Source of the DNA: Reclinomonas americana ATCC 50394
Taxonomy: Eukaryota
DNA length: 43,127 nucleotides
Assembly (NCBI GenBank): GCA_048213135.1
Contig: PS015502.1
Location: 39,993 to 83,119, forward strand
Direction: 5' to 3'
In this document: positions 12,101 to 25,100 of the stretch, piece by piece
Position numbering within the stretch: position 1 is the stretch's first letter
Layout: each line of letters begins with the position of its first letter
Notes under the pieces: model-generated
Told to the model about the DNA's origin: nothing
The model's database searches: none
Seen by the model: only the letters and a program-made list of their open reading frames with translations
Made by a program: the position numbers and the translations under genes

Positions 12101-15071
12101 GCGGGCAATGTCACGGGCAACCGATTGCAGAAACTGCACGGGACCGAGTTGAGAACTCTCGCAGCAGACAAGAAAGGCGCAATACGTGATGAACGAGCGG
12201 CACCTCTGGCACGCGCGATACGGCCCCCTGCGCAAACGACTCGTGGAATGCATCGATCCAGAATGCTTCTCCGGCGGCAATGTTGAAGCGCTTGTCGTGT
12301 GCCTCCTGGCCATCTTGCTGTGCCGACAGGATATCTGCGAGTGCGCATGTGAGACTCGCAGCGACCGTGTGCATTCCACACAACACCGCACTGACAAACC
12401 GGCACAATCATTGTCTTCGAACAGATGCAGATCTGCGTCGGGAGCTGCACGCTGCACTGTTCCTCGGTGACTGGCTTTCTCCACGGGTTTCATGGCCGGT
12501 GCGGCCAGTGACGGGCTGTACGCCATGAGGAACTCGCCATGTTCATCCTGTCGCGAAAGAAAAAAGCAATGAGGAATGCAGGCCGGTCACATGTCCCCGG
12601 CAGGTGATCTCACCTGCAAACGGCCCTCGAAACACCAGGCGGCCACCATGCGCAGGTACGGGCGCGCAAGTGCTACTAGCAGCTCTTGCAGGAAGCCGCG
12701 AACGTGCGCCTGCGCACGGACACACTCGGCGTACACAAGCGACAGCAATTCGGGTCCTTCACGAAGCGACCGCACGGATTCCAGCGGCAGAAACTCCACC
12801 AATGGCACCACTGCATTGTGCTTGCCAGGGTCAGGAAAACATGAATGGCCTGTGGGTGGCACCACGAAAGGAAGGTACGCACCGCCGGTATGCCCATTGA
12901 TGCGGATCGCTGGTTCGTCGGCACAATCACCAGCGCAGTGGCACAGGCTGGCGACGTACTCGACTTGGAGACGAAGTCGATTCGACAGCAGATGCACCTG
13001 TGGAGTATGAAGAAGTGAGGGGCTGGAGAGAAACGAAGCACAAGAACAACAACATCGCAACCTGCAGCATGGTGATGCGACTCGCCCCACCCTGACGGTC
13101 GGCCAGCGCGGCTGACAGCTGCAGAATGGACTTGCGATACGAGAAGACGAAGCGCTCAATGACCGTCAAGAATGCCTGCACAATCAGGCCTCGCCTACAG
13201 TACACAGTCAGCGGCAGCATTCGACGTTCGCCGACAGCGAATGACATCACCGATGGGCATGTGGCGATCGGTAGAAATTCACAAACGCCTCCAGACGTCG
13301 AGCAAAGGTTCCGGCGTCAGCAAATGGTTGCAGGAGCGACAATGTGCTGCGAAAGGGAGCGCATACAGTTAGCAGTATGCTCATTGTATCATCACTTCCA
13401 ACACGCTTACCTCGACACGCTGGTGGACGGTGTCCGCACACGCAATGCGACGAGCGATTTTGTGTTGCGACACAGTGCAAACGCAGACGAAGGCACACCA
13501 AGCAGCGCATGGAAGCAGTTCGCCACCAGTTCAGCCTCCGACAGCGATGGTCCGCGTGTCCACGGGCGATGGACGAATTGCCTGCGCGGTGCTCCCTATT
13601 CAGCTCACGTGCACACACGCACACACATACGCGACGTGCGAATCGATTGCGCACCGCTTGTGCAACGCATTCAGCAGCGCGGGGGCGTCAATCTCCGAGA
13701 GGTACGCCGATCCTTGGCGCACCTTCGACACCCAGTCGGTGTGTGCATCAATGTCGGCAGTCTCGGTGAAGATCATCACCGAGCGGTCAACACTGGCGGG
13801 TGACGACGCCGACGACGACACGGCGGCCGACGATGGTGAAGAGTAAACGCCGCCATGATTGTCTTCTTCACCGTCGTGGTGGTGGTCGCCGTCCGCGGAC
13901 TCCCGTACTCGTGGTGTTGGCGGCTCCGCCACTGTGTACAAGTGCTGTTGCGACACAAAACTCGCCCCGTCGCTTTCGTCGTCGCTCTGCGAGTCGGTAT
14001 TCCACCGCAATGAGTCGTGGGGGAGAAGAGAGAGTTGGGAGAAAGATATGCTGACGCACCAACAAGGCGCGTTGAGTGCCAAAGAAGCGCGACAGGAGAC
14101 GAGCTTGCCTGTGGACAGACGTGTGTTGTGTTAACAGACACACACAAATGCCCCAGACAAGCACAATGGCACAACTCTGTATGCTGTGGCGGTCGCAACA
14201 CGCCAGCCTCCCTCTCGTCCAGCGCGGGCTGGCGGAAAAGCTCGCTTATCTGCACCACGTGGTGAGCATGCGAACGGCTACACGGGAATGAGTGTGTGAC
14301 TGCCGCACCGTCTGTCGCTGCAGTGCATCCACAGGCGCCATCTCCGACGAGTAGCCCGTACAAAACGAAGTAAAGAACCCGCCAGTTCGCCCACTGCCAC
14401 CAACAACCGCAACCTGCTGCTGCTGCTGCACCTCCTCCTTGCCGACGAGTTGCAACTGCTGCTGCTGCTGCTGCTGCTGCGACTCTCTTTCTGCCGGCAA
14501 CAGAATGGAATCGCTGGAGAGGTCGCCCGCCAGCGCAATCACAGCTCGCAACGCCAACAGCAGGGTGTGCGCACTCGACGATCCAGACTCGCAGAGCCTG
14601 CAACGGGGTGAGCGACTGCCCCGCAGACAACTGCGGCAAAACCCTCCTCTCTTGCTCGCAACTGCACGGCGCGACGAGCGAGGCGTTCAACAGCCTCCGC
14701 ATGCTGCGCTCTGCCGAGTCGGCGGAAGCGGTACGCGGCACTTGCCAGTTGGATCACCACCAACGAATGATCCTCGGCCTGTGATGATGTGCGCCACCGT
14801 GATGGTGCCGGTCGAAACTGCACAGGCGCGTGTGAGTCACCGCAGTCGTCATCACATCAACGTTCATCCACGCAACTCGTGGATGCATGTCGAGCAGCAC
14901 GGCAAAGGCAGCGTGACGCGTTGCCGAGGATAATGATGATGATGATGTTGAAGAAGAAGAAGAAGAAGAAGAAGAGGCATGCACTCGCGACACCAGCGAT
15001 CGCATCTGCTCGATGATGCTCACCGAGCACACCGCACCCTCATCGGCGGCGGACTTCCGCTCCCCACTCAT
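9119..15071 (-). CDS. TUBGCP6: Gamma-tubulin complex component 6 (multi-exon)
   Basis: GRIP motifs (RPYLRMVAAWCFEGRLQ|DEHGEF; HLESLRRYLLTQQGD; LEVDYCVGWPLNVVITERTLQAYNVLFRF; HEMQHFISIMQQYL; LHEAYL), C-terminal HLRDLLVRLDYNHHY, and the large coiled-coil/acidic insertion between GRIP1 and GRIP2 that is typical of GCP6. Confidence 0.88.
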
Positions 15072-15148
15072 CGGTGTGTGTGTCAGTGTGATTTTTGGCG
15101 CGAACGCGGGTCGACCGACAACTCACAGAAAGAGGAGAGAGGAGAGAG
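15072..15148. promoter_or_regulatory. Putative bidirectional promoter between GCP6 and the coiled-coil gene
   Basis: 77 nt between divergent ATGs. Contains TTTTTGGCGCG, which resembles an E2F-type site. Confidence 0.5.
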
Positions 15149-17809
15149 ATGGAGTCGGCGACGACGCAGCAGCGGCAGCTGTTGGAGTCTCTTTGTTGCG
15201 TGCTCGTGTGTGTGTGTGCGCGCGCGCGCACGTGTGTGTTAGCGTGTGTGCCTGTGTGTGTGATCCATGACATCAACTCACGTGTGTGGCAGTGGAGCGC
15301 GTGGAGACCGTTGACACGGCGATGCGGCGATTGGAGAGCGCGATGGAACACATGAAGGATCACACTGCGCCAGGTGCCATGTCATCTCATCGCAGCGCGT
15401 GGTGATCGGTCAATCAATTTCTCATGCCTTCTTGTACCGCTGCACAGTGTTCTCGCAAGCCTGGGGCGCCATGTCGAATGAGCTGCGCGTTCGCGGCTTT
15501 GCCTCTAACTCTCCCACCGCCGCAGCCGACGCCGAGTTGATCGACTTTGGAACTCAATGATCGAGTCGAGTAGAGTGTGTAAAGCAAAACTGTAAATGAC
15601 ACAGCATCACCGCCGAAAACGCCTCGCGCAAAACGCACTCCATTTTGCTGCAATCACACTTGGTCACGGGCTGTTGCCGCGTGCACCATGTCAGACGCCT
15701 CAGTTGCCGAAGTGCTGCCGGTGACGATGATGCACAAGGCACCTGTGAGCGACGACAGTGAAGTCGGCAGGCCCACGACGCCGGCGGTGGCGGCTCGCAG
15801 TGTTCGGTGGCGGAGTACGCAGTCGAGCCCGACGGTGAGTGTGCGCGCGTGTGCATGCGTGTTGCAAAAAAACGAATGGAGGGGAGAAGCAGCTGGCTCA
15901 CACACGTAAGACGCAGAGAACAAGTTCTCCGCTGCGCTCCACGCTCCTCCCCAAATCAGCACTGGCCTCCCTGCTTCCTCCGCGTCTCGGTGTGCGTTCG
16001 GCGCCGCTGAGCGAAATGACAGAGGCCGTCAACCGCCGAGCCAACACAACTCTGGCAATCCTGGAGAGCACAGCGTCGGCGGTGGATGCACCAGTTCCCA
16101 ACACCGACAAGCCGCCTTCCCGGTTCGAGGCTCTCTCTCTCTCTCTCTCTCCTTTTCGCCACAGTCAAACTCACCCACTGGTGCAGCAATGCAAGGCAGC
16201 AGCACCACGGTGGGTTCCGAATACAGCCTGTGGGTGGAGGTGGAGGATCACGCGGTGCATCCACGGCGGCGTCGTCCGTCAAGAGCACCGCGCGCCGAGT
16301 TGCGGTGCGTGTGCACATGCCGCAGAGAGAATGCTGTTTAGATGGTCGTTTCCTGACCGATCCTGATGTGCGTGCACAGCATGGCGCCACTGCCGACGGC
16401 ACGGCCTTTATGCTCTCGTTGATTGGCAAGGCGGATCTGCATCAGTTCACTGAGCTGGAGAGAAATATGGGTGAGGGGGAGAGCGAGAGAATGGACAGGA
16501 GATCTGCGACGGTTGCGCTTAAGCTTACTGTGCGTCGGGGACCGGAATGCAGAGTGGCTCACCAGCGTGATCCAAGAGCCGCAAAGGCGCGTTCCTCGTT
16601 CACGCGGAGGGGCGAGACCGTCGGGCCTTACCCTGCCACCTCTTCAAACAGGTGCGTGTTGTGTGTCGATCTTTCCATTCCGCGGAGTAGTCAGCGAACT
16701 GATTGTGCGCAGAGGGCAAACCTCGGAGACCTGTGGATGCGGACAGCGGTAGGCAGCCGGTGGCCAGCGGCAACGATGTGGCGCGTGGAGCCGGTCTCAG
16801 TGCTGCCAAACCGAGACCAGCGCGCATGAGCAACATGCAAGCCATTGTGCGCGCCACATGTGACAAGTACGTTGCCGATCCGAAGCTGCTGCAAGAGCTG
16901 TTTTCACGTGCAGGTGTGTGCTGGCGCTCGTTAAGCAGGAGTGCTGCGTCCTCAATTGACTCGTCATGTTGCAGAGGCGGCTGAGGCCGAGATTCGACGG
17001 GAGGCCAAGGAACAGCAGCTGCGGTGGAGTGCGTGCGATCATTTGCAAACCAACAAGGCGCAGCTGCAGTCGTTCTCGCCGGAAATCCATCGCGAGCTGC
17101 AAGACGCCAAGATCCAACAGCGCCGCATGCACTTTGAACTCGTGACGCATCGACACGACGAAGTCGTGCAAACCACCGCCGCTGACTTGGAGGAATCGTA
17201 CAATTCGTTTGAGGAGCGACTTGCACGTGCAGAGAGCATCAAGCAGGAGGCGCTGCTGCTGCCGAAATTCCGACGTCTGCAATGCACGTGGATGACGGCG
17301 GTGATGGCTGCCTGTCGCGTTGTGTTCTTTGCCGAGACTCTGTTGGTGAGTGCGATGGCCTGTTTGTAGCCGCGCGCGGCACCTCCTGCATGCTCACATT
17401 TTTTCTCTCTTCGACAGACGAGTCAGGTGTTGTGGAAGCAGCAGCGCGCAGTGCGTGTGCTTGAAGTGCTGTTCATGCCAAGGGTGCGCACACAGTCCAC
17501 GTGCCTTNNNNNNNNNNNNNNNNNNNNTAGGACCGCGGCCAGTTTGGCGGGTGCGTTGGAGAAGATCCTTTACTTTCCGTTCTCTCACGTTCTCTGCGTC
17601 GTACCCACCGCCACTTGCGTCCGCAGACACTGCTCACCGATTGCGAGTTGCTGGAGATGCTGGTGGAATGCATCGCCGACGTGCGACTGAAGCCTCGGCC
17701 CTCAGCGGTCGCGGCGTCGGAAGCCACGAGCTCTCACATCTTGAAAAATCGCAGTCTGGCTGCGCGGCGTACGTTTGGAGGCTCCGGGACCTTCTTCATG
17801 CCGTCATAA
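15149..17809 (+). CDS. Uncharacterised coiled-coil protein (multi-exon, interrupted by a 20-N gap)
   Basis: ATG 15149 MESATTQQRQLLESL|LERVETVDTAMRRLES..., a helical exon EIHRELQDAKIQQRRMHFELVTHRHDEVVQ..., GT-AG introns, and an end at TAA 17807-17809. No family recognised. Confidence 0.55.
17508..17527. other. Assembly gap (20 N)
   Basis: Run of N. Confidence 1.
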
Positions 17810-17871
17810 AAACCAGCAGCTTTTGTTCGCACTTTGAAGCAATTTGTTCGCATTTTGTGATTTTCATTTGG

Positions 17872-20016
17872 ATGGGAGAGCAGGCACGACAAACGTTTCG
17901 ACAGCCGCCGCCCAAGGCGTGGACGCTGGACGCACACATCGACCCAGCTTTCCGCGGTCTCACCGATCACGACGGTGGATTCAGGTGTGTGTGAGGCACA
18001 CGGAGAGTGAATGAATGGCATTGGGCGTTGTGCGTGCCGTTGAGTGTTGGTGCGACTGATTCCTCACAATGTTGTGTCTATGTAGCTGGCTGCCTGGTCC
18101 TGGATGGCGCCCAGAAGCACGTGCTCTGACCAAGCATGAGAGTTGCGCACGCGCAGCGTGAGTGTTTGTAAGAGAGCGAGTGACTATCTCACACAAATCA
18201 ACAACACAGCAAGCCGACAGGGCAACACCTACTTCCATCACGGAGCATCGCGTCGCGACCCTCACGCCTCACTGGTGAGTGATCGCGTGGTACCGCACAC
18301 ATCCACACACAAGGCCCTGCTCGTCCTCCTTCTCCTCCTTCTCCTCCTCCTACCACTGACCGTTCCTCGTTGTAGCATGTCGGTGATCCGTTTGTCGACG
18401 CCACGAAGCGACCGCCTTATCGCGAGGATGATCAGCGACGCTGGCTGGCGGCCAACCGCAATCCAACACGGGTCGACACACGACTGCAGTGGCAGCCGAG
18501 TGGCGACAACCGCCCGACAGAAGCGCCAAAATCCGAGTCGGCTCTCCGCTCCATGCGTGTCGGTGGCAAGCCGCCGACCAGTCACTACGAGTACAGGGTG
18601 CGTGTTTGTGTAGGCATCGTAGAGGATCACACCCAGCTCTCATCTCGTCTCTGTGCAGTCGGATCCATTCCACGATCCGCCGCGTGTGCACTACTCGGGT
18701 CCTGGTATCGGTGGTTCTCGTGTTGGGGGAGCGTTCGACAAGAACCCCTATCGCTACGTGGAGATGCCAGAAGCCAACGAGGACGCACCAAAGCCGCGCA
18801 AGCCGGAACGAGTGGTGCAGCCGTATCAGCCGCGAACACACAGTACATTTAGTGCGGCGCCGGCGTACGCCTCGGACGCACCGCAGTCGTCGGCTGGAGT
18901 CGACGACATTGAGCAGATGCAGGGAGTCGCCGGCCAAGAGAAGACGCCACCGATGCGCTTCGGTGGTGCCGGTAAGAATGCCGACAATCGCTATCCGACG
19001 CTGGCAGTCGGCGACGAGTACGTGGATCGGTCGCGAATCAGTTGCGTCGAAAAAAAGTAGCGGGCTGTCACCACCGCGACATCTCTCGCTGAAGCCACCG
19101 TCTCTGCAAACAGGACCGACACCCAGACTCGGTTTCTCCACGAAGCGCGCCAATGCCGATTTCTCACGTCCAGGCTCGCTGGCGGTTGGCGACCCCTTCC
19201 GTGACAAGTCGACGTCTTTCCGTGATAACAAACGGCCAGGCAGTGCACCGGCGTGGAAGTCGGGCAGGTTGGTGGTGTTGAAGAATGGTGGTGGATGCGC
19301 TTTTGTTCATCCGCCGACCACCCATCCGTTACCGGTCTCTCTCTCTCTCTCTCGTGCAGCAAGAAAACGGCGCTCAAGTCGCACTACGAGTGGATCCCGT
19401 CTCCGGAAGTCGCACAGAATGCACCACGTGCCTCTGCCAGTGCGCGTCCATCGGGTTCGAGTGCGGCGGCTGCACGCTCCAACATTGCCGGCGTCTTCAG
19501 CTCTGCGAGTCAATGGATGCCCGATCCGTACCAGGAGCCGAAGCATGTTGCGTCGAGGCGTCGTCAGTGCGTACTCGGTGAAACTGCTCGAGTAACTGTG
19601 CAAACGTGGTGCAGGAGCCACGCGGACGCATGCGTGTGGACCGACCGAAAGGGACGTTTGACTCGAACCCGTACCGCCATGTGGAGGTGCCGGAGAGCGG
19701 TAGCGGCGCAGATAATATCGACATGCAGCCGGCCAAGGTGCGTGTGTGTGTATCCGCTCCAGATCCATCAATGCTGCTGCTGTGTGAGCTGAACTTGTAT
19801 TGTTCGCAGACGAAGCGCGTGGTTACCGCGTTCCAAGTGCGCAAACACGACACGATCGGTGCGCCGCCGCCAGTGATGAGTGAGCCGTACGAGGACAAGC
19901 CAGCGCGCGACAGTGCACCGCGCAAGGGACTCGTTCTGAAGGGTATCACATCGCACACTCGCCCCACTGCTGCGTACCACGACGGATGGCTTGGCGATCG
20001 GCCGCAGCGATTCTGA
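17872..20016 (+). CDS. Low-complexity repeat protein, possibly CFAP96/C4orf47 (DUF4586)-like ciliary protein
   Basis: Spliced peptides YPTLAVGDEYVD, SLAVGDPFRDK, YEWIPSP, QWMPDPYQEPK, MSEPYEDKP and duplicated FDKNPYRYVEMPE/FDSNPYRHVEVPE. The GD(E/P)(Y/F) and (W/Y)xPxPY repeats recall DUF4586 (from memory). Confidence 0.45.
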
Positions 20017-20084
20017 ATGTGGTTTTTTCGGTCTACAGTCAGTGTACGATTCTGTTTTATGCAAACAGAAAGAATTTGTGTTTT

Positions 20085-21964
20085 TTATTCTAGCCCAGCA
20101 GGTAGGGGTCTCCGCTGCATTACTACAACAAGCTTCCAGATGGACAGTGCCGTGCACCCAATCGCCAGCAATGTGCCAAATATTATAAGCAACCAGTCGC
20201 CGACCTTGGCCCAGAAACTCGTGCCCTCCTTGCTGACCAGTTTCCAGTGCAGCAAACCAGGGAACAACAGACCCAGTGTCGCGCCGCCAAAGCTTCCCAC
20301 AATGCTGCGTCCCGCATCAACAACAGTCAGCCACACTGACAACACCAACGAGAGCACAGCTCAAAGTGTAACGTACCCTACAAACTCTCCAAAGTGCGGA
20401 ATGATGACGGCCACCACAGTGATAAAGGCCACTACCAAGGTGCGAATAATCACTCGTTTTAGCAGAGCACTGCACAGTTGAGGTGAGTGTCGGCGGTGAT
20501 GATCACTTCTGGAGCGAACACACACACACGCACCAGAAGCTGGATTGAGCGCGAGACTGGCGCCGACCACTACTTCTGTCGTCCTCCTCCTCGTCGGCAG
20601 CGCCGCTGCCGCAGCCGTCGAGCATGCGGTCGACAATCTCCAACACCGGAAACAGTTGAATGGGGAAGGTGCCGAGGAGCGAAAACACCACCAGCGCCTT
20701 GATGGCCACTGCGAGTGGCGTGATGAGACGAAAACGAGAGGCAAGTGAGTGACACGAGCGCGCGCGCGCACGCGGACGTACCGGAGAGGGGATCCTTTGG
20801 GAGGAGCGGCAAGATCAGCGCATTGTGCATGCGGTCCGCAAACGCCATGTATCCCAGCAGGCCGAAAGACAGCACCAGAATAAACACCAAGGTGTAGCCG
20901 GTGATGAGAATGAGATTAAAACGCGATGGCGTCTTCATCGACTGGTGGATCGGCAGAATGGTGCCGACGCCCTCCACGGCAAACAAAAAGGTGCCGATGC
21001 TGATCGGGAACATCCAGTTCACCAGCGTGGTGGCCGCCACGCTCTCGCGGCTCATCAGTGTGACATCCCAGTACAACACGCACACAATGGCCGCAAACAA
21101 GGTGCCGTTGGCCAGCATGCTGAGAGCGAGCGAAGAGCACATGAGCGATCGGTGTGCGAGTACCACATGCGTGGCACGAGAGCGCACCTGACAGGCGCCA
21201 CATAGTCGAGCGAGTTTAGCCACGAAATGGGCGTCAGCGCACCGGCACACACAAACACCCACGCCCACTGCGGCATGATCGGCACCAGATGAACCAGCGT
21301 CGCCGACGTGAAAATCAGGTACGCCACACAGCAGCCGGCTTGCGAAAAGATGAGCAGGATGTCGATCTGTCGTCAACGTTTGTGAGACGCGCGAAAGCAA
21401 GTAAAACAAGACCACAAGAGAGTCGCACTCACCGCCACGTGACACACTCGCCCGTACGCCGCATTGCCAATCTCCCCATACTGCGTCTTGCCGCAGCGCA
21501 ACTTGGCCGCCACCAGCAGATGCGAGCACCAGCCAGAGACCAGCACCACCGACAGCAGAAGCAGAGAGCCAAGCTGCCAAAGGCGTCATGATCAGTGACA
21601 CACACACACACACACACAAGAACGTGAGAGGTGTAAACTCACCACTGTGCCAGCGTGTTTGAAGGCGAACGGAATGGCGAGAATGCCACTGCCGACCGAA
21701 CCCTTGAGCAGATTCAACCACGCAAAACACGTTCTGTGCGCCTTGTGTCAGTCTCTGTGGCCCTCTACACAAACACACACAGAGAGAGAGAGAGACACAC
21801 ACACAGACGCGCACGCACCCGCTCTTGGCCTTGTCATCGCGCACCGCCACTGGCGACGACGAGTACTTTCCACCCTCCTCGTCGCCTTTGCGCGTGTTGT
21901 TGTTGTGTGAAGAGGCCGGCAACAGTGGCTCATTCTCAGGCGACGAAGGCGACGATCGCTTCAT
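20085..21964 (-). CDS. Amino-acid transporter, Aa_trans (AAAP; SLC36/AVT3-like)
   Basis: NLLKGSVGSGILAIPFAFKHAG, IGTFLFAVEGVGTILPIHQSMKTPSRF, FGLLGYMAF, TFPIQLFPV, IPHFGEF, VGSFGGATLGLLFPGLLH, with multiple TMs. N-terminal ENEPLL dileucine motif. Confidence 0.92.
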
Positions 21965-22112
21965 CGGCAACGAGAGAAAACGACGACGACGACGACGATG
22001 ATCGTAACGTTGTGATTTGGCGCCCACAAACACACAATGATATCCCCGTGAACAATACCGCTCGCGCTCAATTGTCCTTGCTATTCTCACACGCACGCAC
22101 GCACGCGCATCG

Positions 22113-25100
22113 ATGTCAGGGCGCCGCGGTGGAAGTGGAAACGGCAGTGGAGGCAGTGCAAACTCGCCTCCATCGTCTCCAAAAAGTGGCGGCAAACACG
22201 TGTCATCTCCTCCACTCCTGCGAACTCCGCCGCCGTTGCCGCCTCCATCAGTGCTCCAACAGCACATGTCACTTGTGCAACAACAGCAACAACAGCAACA
22301 GCAGCAACAGCAACCACAGCCGCGCTCATCTCCGCCTCTGCCGCCGCCACCACCGCCGCCTGCTGTGCCTGTGCGCTCGTCGTATGTGTCGCCCTCGGCG
22401 ATGAGTGGCAGCAGCTATGTGGTGGCGGGAGTACCAGCTGCTACCAGTACTACTGCTACTGCCACTACAGCGGTGCCAGTGGATGTGTCGCGGCGTCATC
22501 ATCATCATCACCCGCAACAGCAGCCGCACAATCATCATCACCAGCTCCAACCGCATTCACCGCACCTTCCGCAGCATCACTCACCACAGCAGCAGCAGCC
22601 GCGGTCACAGCAGCAACAGCAGCAGCAACAGGTGTCGCCGCCTGTGCCGGGAGTGGCTTTTCATGAGAGACATCCTTTGCAACCGCAATCTAGGTCGTCG
22701 CCACCACAGCAGCAGCAGCAGCAGCATGGTCGGCGACGACGCTCGCCAATGTCGCAGTCGCGTCCGCATGTGGTGTTTCAGCAGCCGGTGGATGACGTGG
22801 CGGGCGACGGCGATGATGATGCAGGAGGAGACGACGATGAGGCGTCTGAGGATGCGGTCGGCTCGCCAGACGGTGGTGACTGTGCGCGAGTTGCGTGGGG
22901 AGGCAGCGTGCCTTTGCGTGTGTGTGTGTGTGTGTGATGGGAACGCGAATCGTTACTCTTGTTGTTGCGTAGATGGGCGGTGCTTCGTCCTCGCTGGCCT
23001 CCACAGCGGTGCTGTCGCTTACCATGCCGTCTGCGCTCTTGCCCGGCGTCGCGAGTACCACACCGAGCGATGCGGCGACCCCCGCCACGGTCACACTGAC
23101 GACCAACACGTTCTTGCGAGGATTCCATACGTTCCTGCGCAGCGGCGAGTTTGCCGATTTCACTCTTGTTCTGCCGTCGGCGACCATGAAGCGCGCTCCG
23201 CTGTCGCTGGCGAGCCACATACGGCAGCACAGCTCGTCGTCGGAGCGAGACGGTGATGTGGATAGCGAGGTTCTTGGCTCACCCGACGTCGATGCGGAGG
23301 CCGCCGAGACAGGCAAGCGCCTCCCCGCCGTCGTCGGATCGTCGAGTACGGTCGCCGCGTCGCAACCAAAGAGACCACCACCGGCTGTCAGCGTGCTGCG
23401 AGGCGACGACGAGCGCCGGGTTCACCGCATCCTCCTCTCGCATCAGTCGGGATACTTTCGCGCCCTGCTCTCTGGCGACTTTCGAGAAAAGGACGAGGTG
23501 AGTCTGAGCAAAGCGTCGCCAGAAAGAAGGGCAAAAAAAAACTCACTTGATAAGTTTGCAGGGCCGTGTGGACCTCAGTGAGTTGGCCGACCCCTACCGC
23601 GTGTTCCCGACCCTGCTGGAATACTTTTACACGGGCTCGGTGGAAGTGACAGACGACACCATTATTCCGCTCATCTCCATGGCGCAGGTGTGTGTTGCAG
23701 TGCGGCGAGTGTCGAGAGGAAGTAACTGGTGACGCTAATGTGCGTGTTTGTGACTGCAGTTCTTTGAGGTGCCGGAGTTGTCCAAGTCGCTGGTAGATCA
23801 CGTGCACGCTCGCTGCCGTGATTCCACGGCGCCGCTGGTGCAATTCCTGCGCCTGGCCATCGATCAGTCGCTGGCTGACCTGGAGTCGTTGTTGCGTCTC
23901 GTCAGGATCGCCTAAACCAATCTCTTTTTTTCTGTGTGATTCATTGTCGTGTGCACAGCTTCCTGAGTTGGGTGGCGCGACGCTTCTCGCTGTACTGCTC
24001 AGACGAGCAGCTGGCGAGCCTCCCCACCGACAAGCTTATCGAGCTGCTGAGATTGGACGAGTTCTTTGCCGAGGGCGTTACCGACGTTGCGCACCGCATG
24101 CCTCGTCGAGCTCTGCACACGTGTGCGTCGCTCACACTTCCTCCAGGTGGCGACCTTTGCGTGCCTGCACATTCGGCTGGCCAGGGAGGTGTCGGCCAAC
24201 GAGTTCTGCGCCTTGTACGAACACGTGGACAAGGTGTGCTAGTGTTGATGATGTACCGTACCTCGTTGTCGAAAAACTGACCATGTGGTGCCATTAGATG
24301 TTGCCGGCCGACGCAGCATTCCTCTTGCGCCGTGCCATTTGCCTCGGCTGCGACATGCCAACGTCGGTGTTTATCGAGGCCATGGCTCGCGACATGTCGC
24401 AGCTAAGACCAGAGGCTCTTGTCGACCTGCCACTGGAAGGTTTGTCGTGGCGGGGTACCAGCCAGTGGTTGCAGTTCCCTTGCTGACGAGATGTGGGGTA
24501 CAGTCGTGGTCGCGCTGCTGTCCAGTGACATGTTGCACGTCGAGTCGGAGATGACAGTGTACCGTTGTGTGCACACGGTCGCCTCGGCTCGGCGTGAGAC
24601 CCTGGCACAGCAGGATCTGTGCAAGCTGTACGGCACAATTCGCTTCTCGTTCCTCACCGAAGAAGAGCTGCTGCTGGTGCGCTGCCAGCTGGGAGTTGAG
24701 AGTCTCCTTACCCCGTTTTTTTGCCTCACCCTCGGCCGTACATGTGCAGGTTCGCAACGACCCGCTCATCCCGCGTGAACTGCTGCTGGACGAGCTGATG
24801 ACGCTTGTCACCTCGAAGCACCGCATCATTCCCCAAAAGTTTGTGTGTGTGAGAGATGTGCTCTGTGGTTTGCACAGTTTTGCTGACTTGTTGCATTGTT
24901 GCCAGGTGCCGCTTTTACGTGCAAAAAGTGCGCTTCAGTGCCACTCTGCACGGGTCTCGCATCCATGTTGCGCCTTTCTTGATTGTCCTGCCATGGGAAA
25001 ATAAGGTCGTGTTACTGAGTGTGGCACTGCAGTTGTCGGACGATCGCTTGATGGCCGAGTGCGTCAACAAGGGCAATGCCGTCGTTCTCAGCGACGAGCA

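Noticed and set aside
12329-12334. Minus-strand ATATCC as an AT-AC donor in GCP6
   Set aside because: It immediately follows a CAG acceptor, is coding (DILSAQQ), and lacks the TT extension.
17284-17290. Possible GC donor (GCACGT) in the coiled-coil gene
   Set aside because: The frame stays open to a conventional GTGAGT donor at 17346, which joins in phase.
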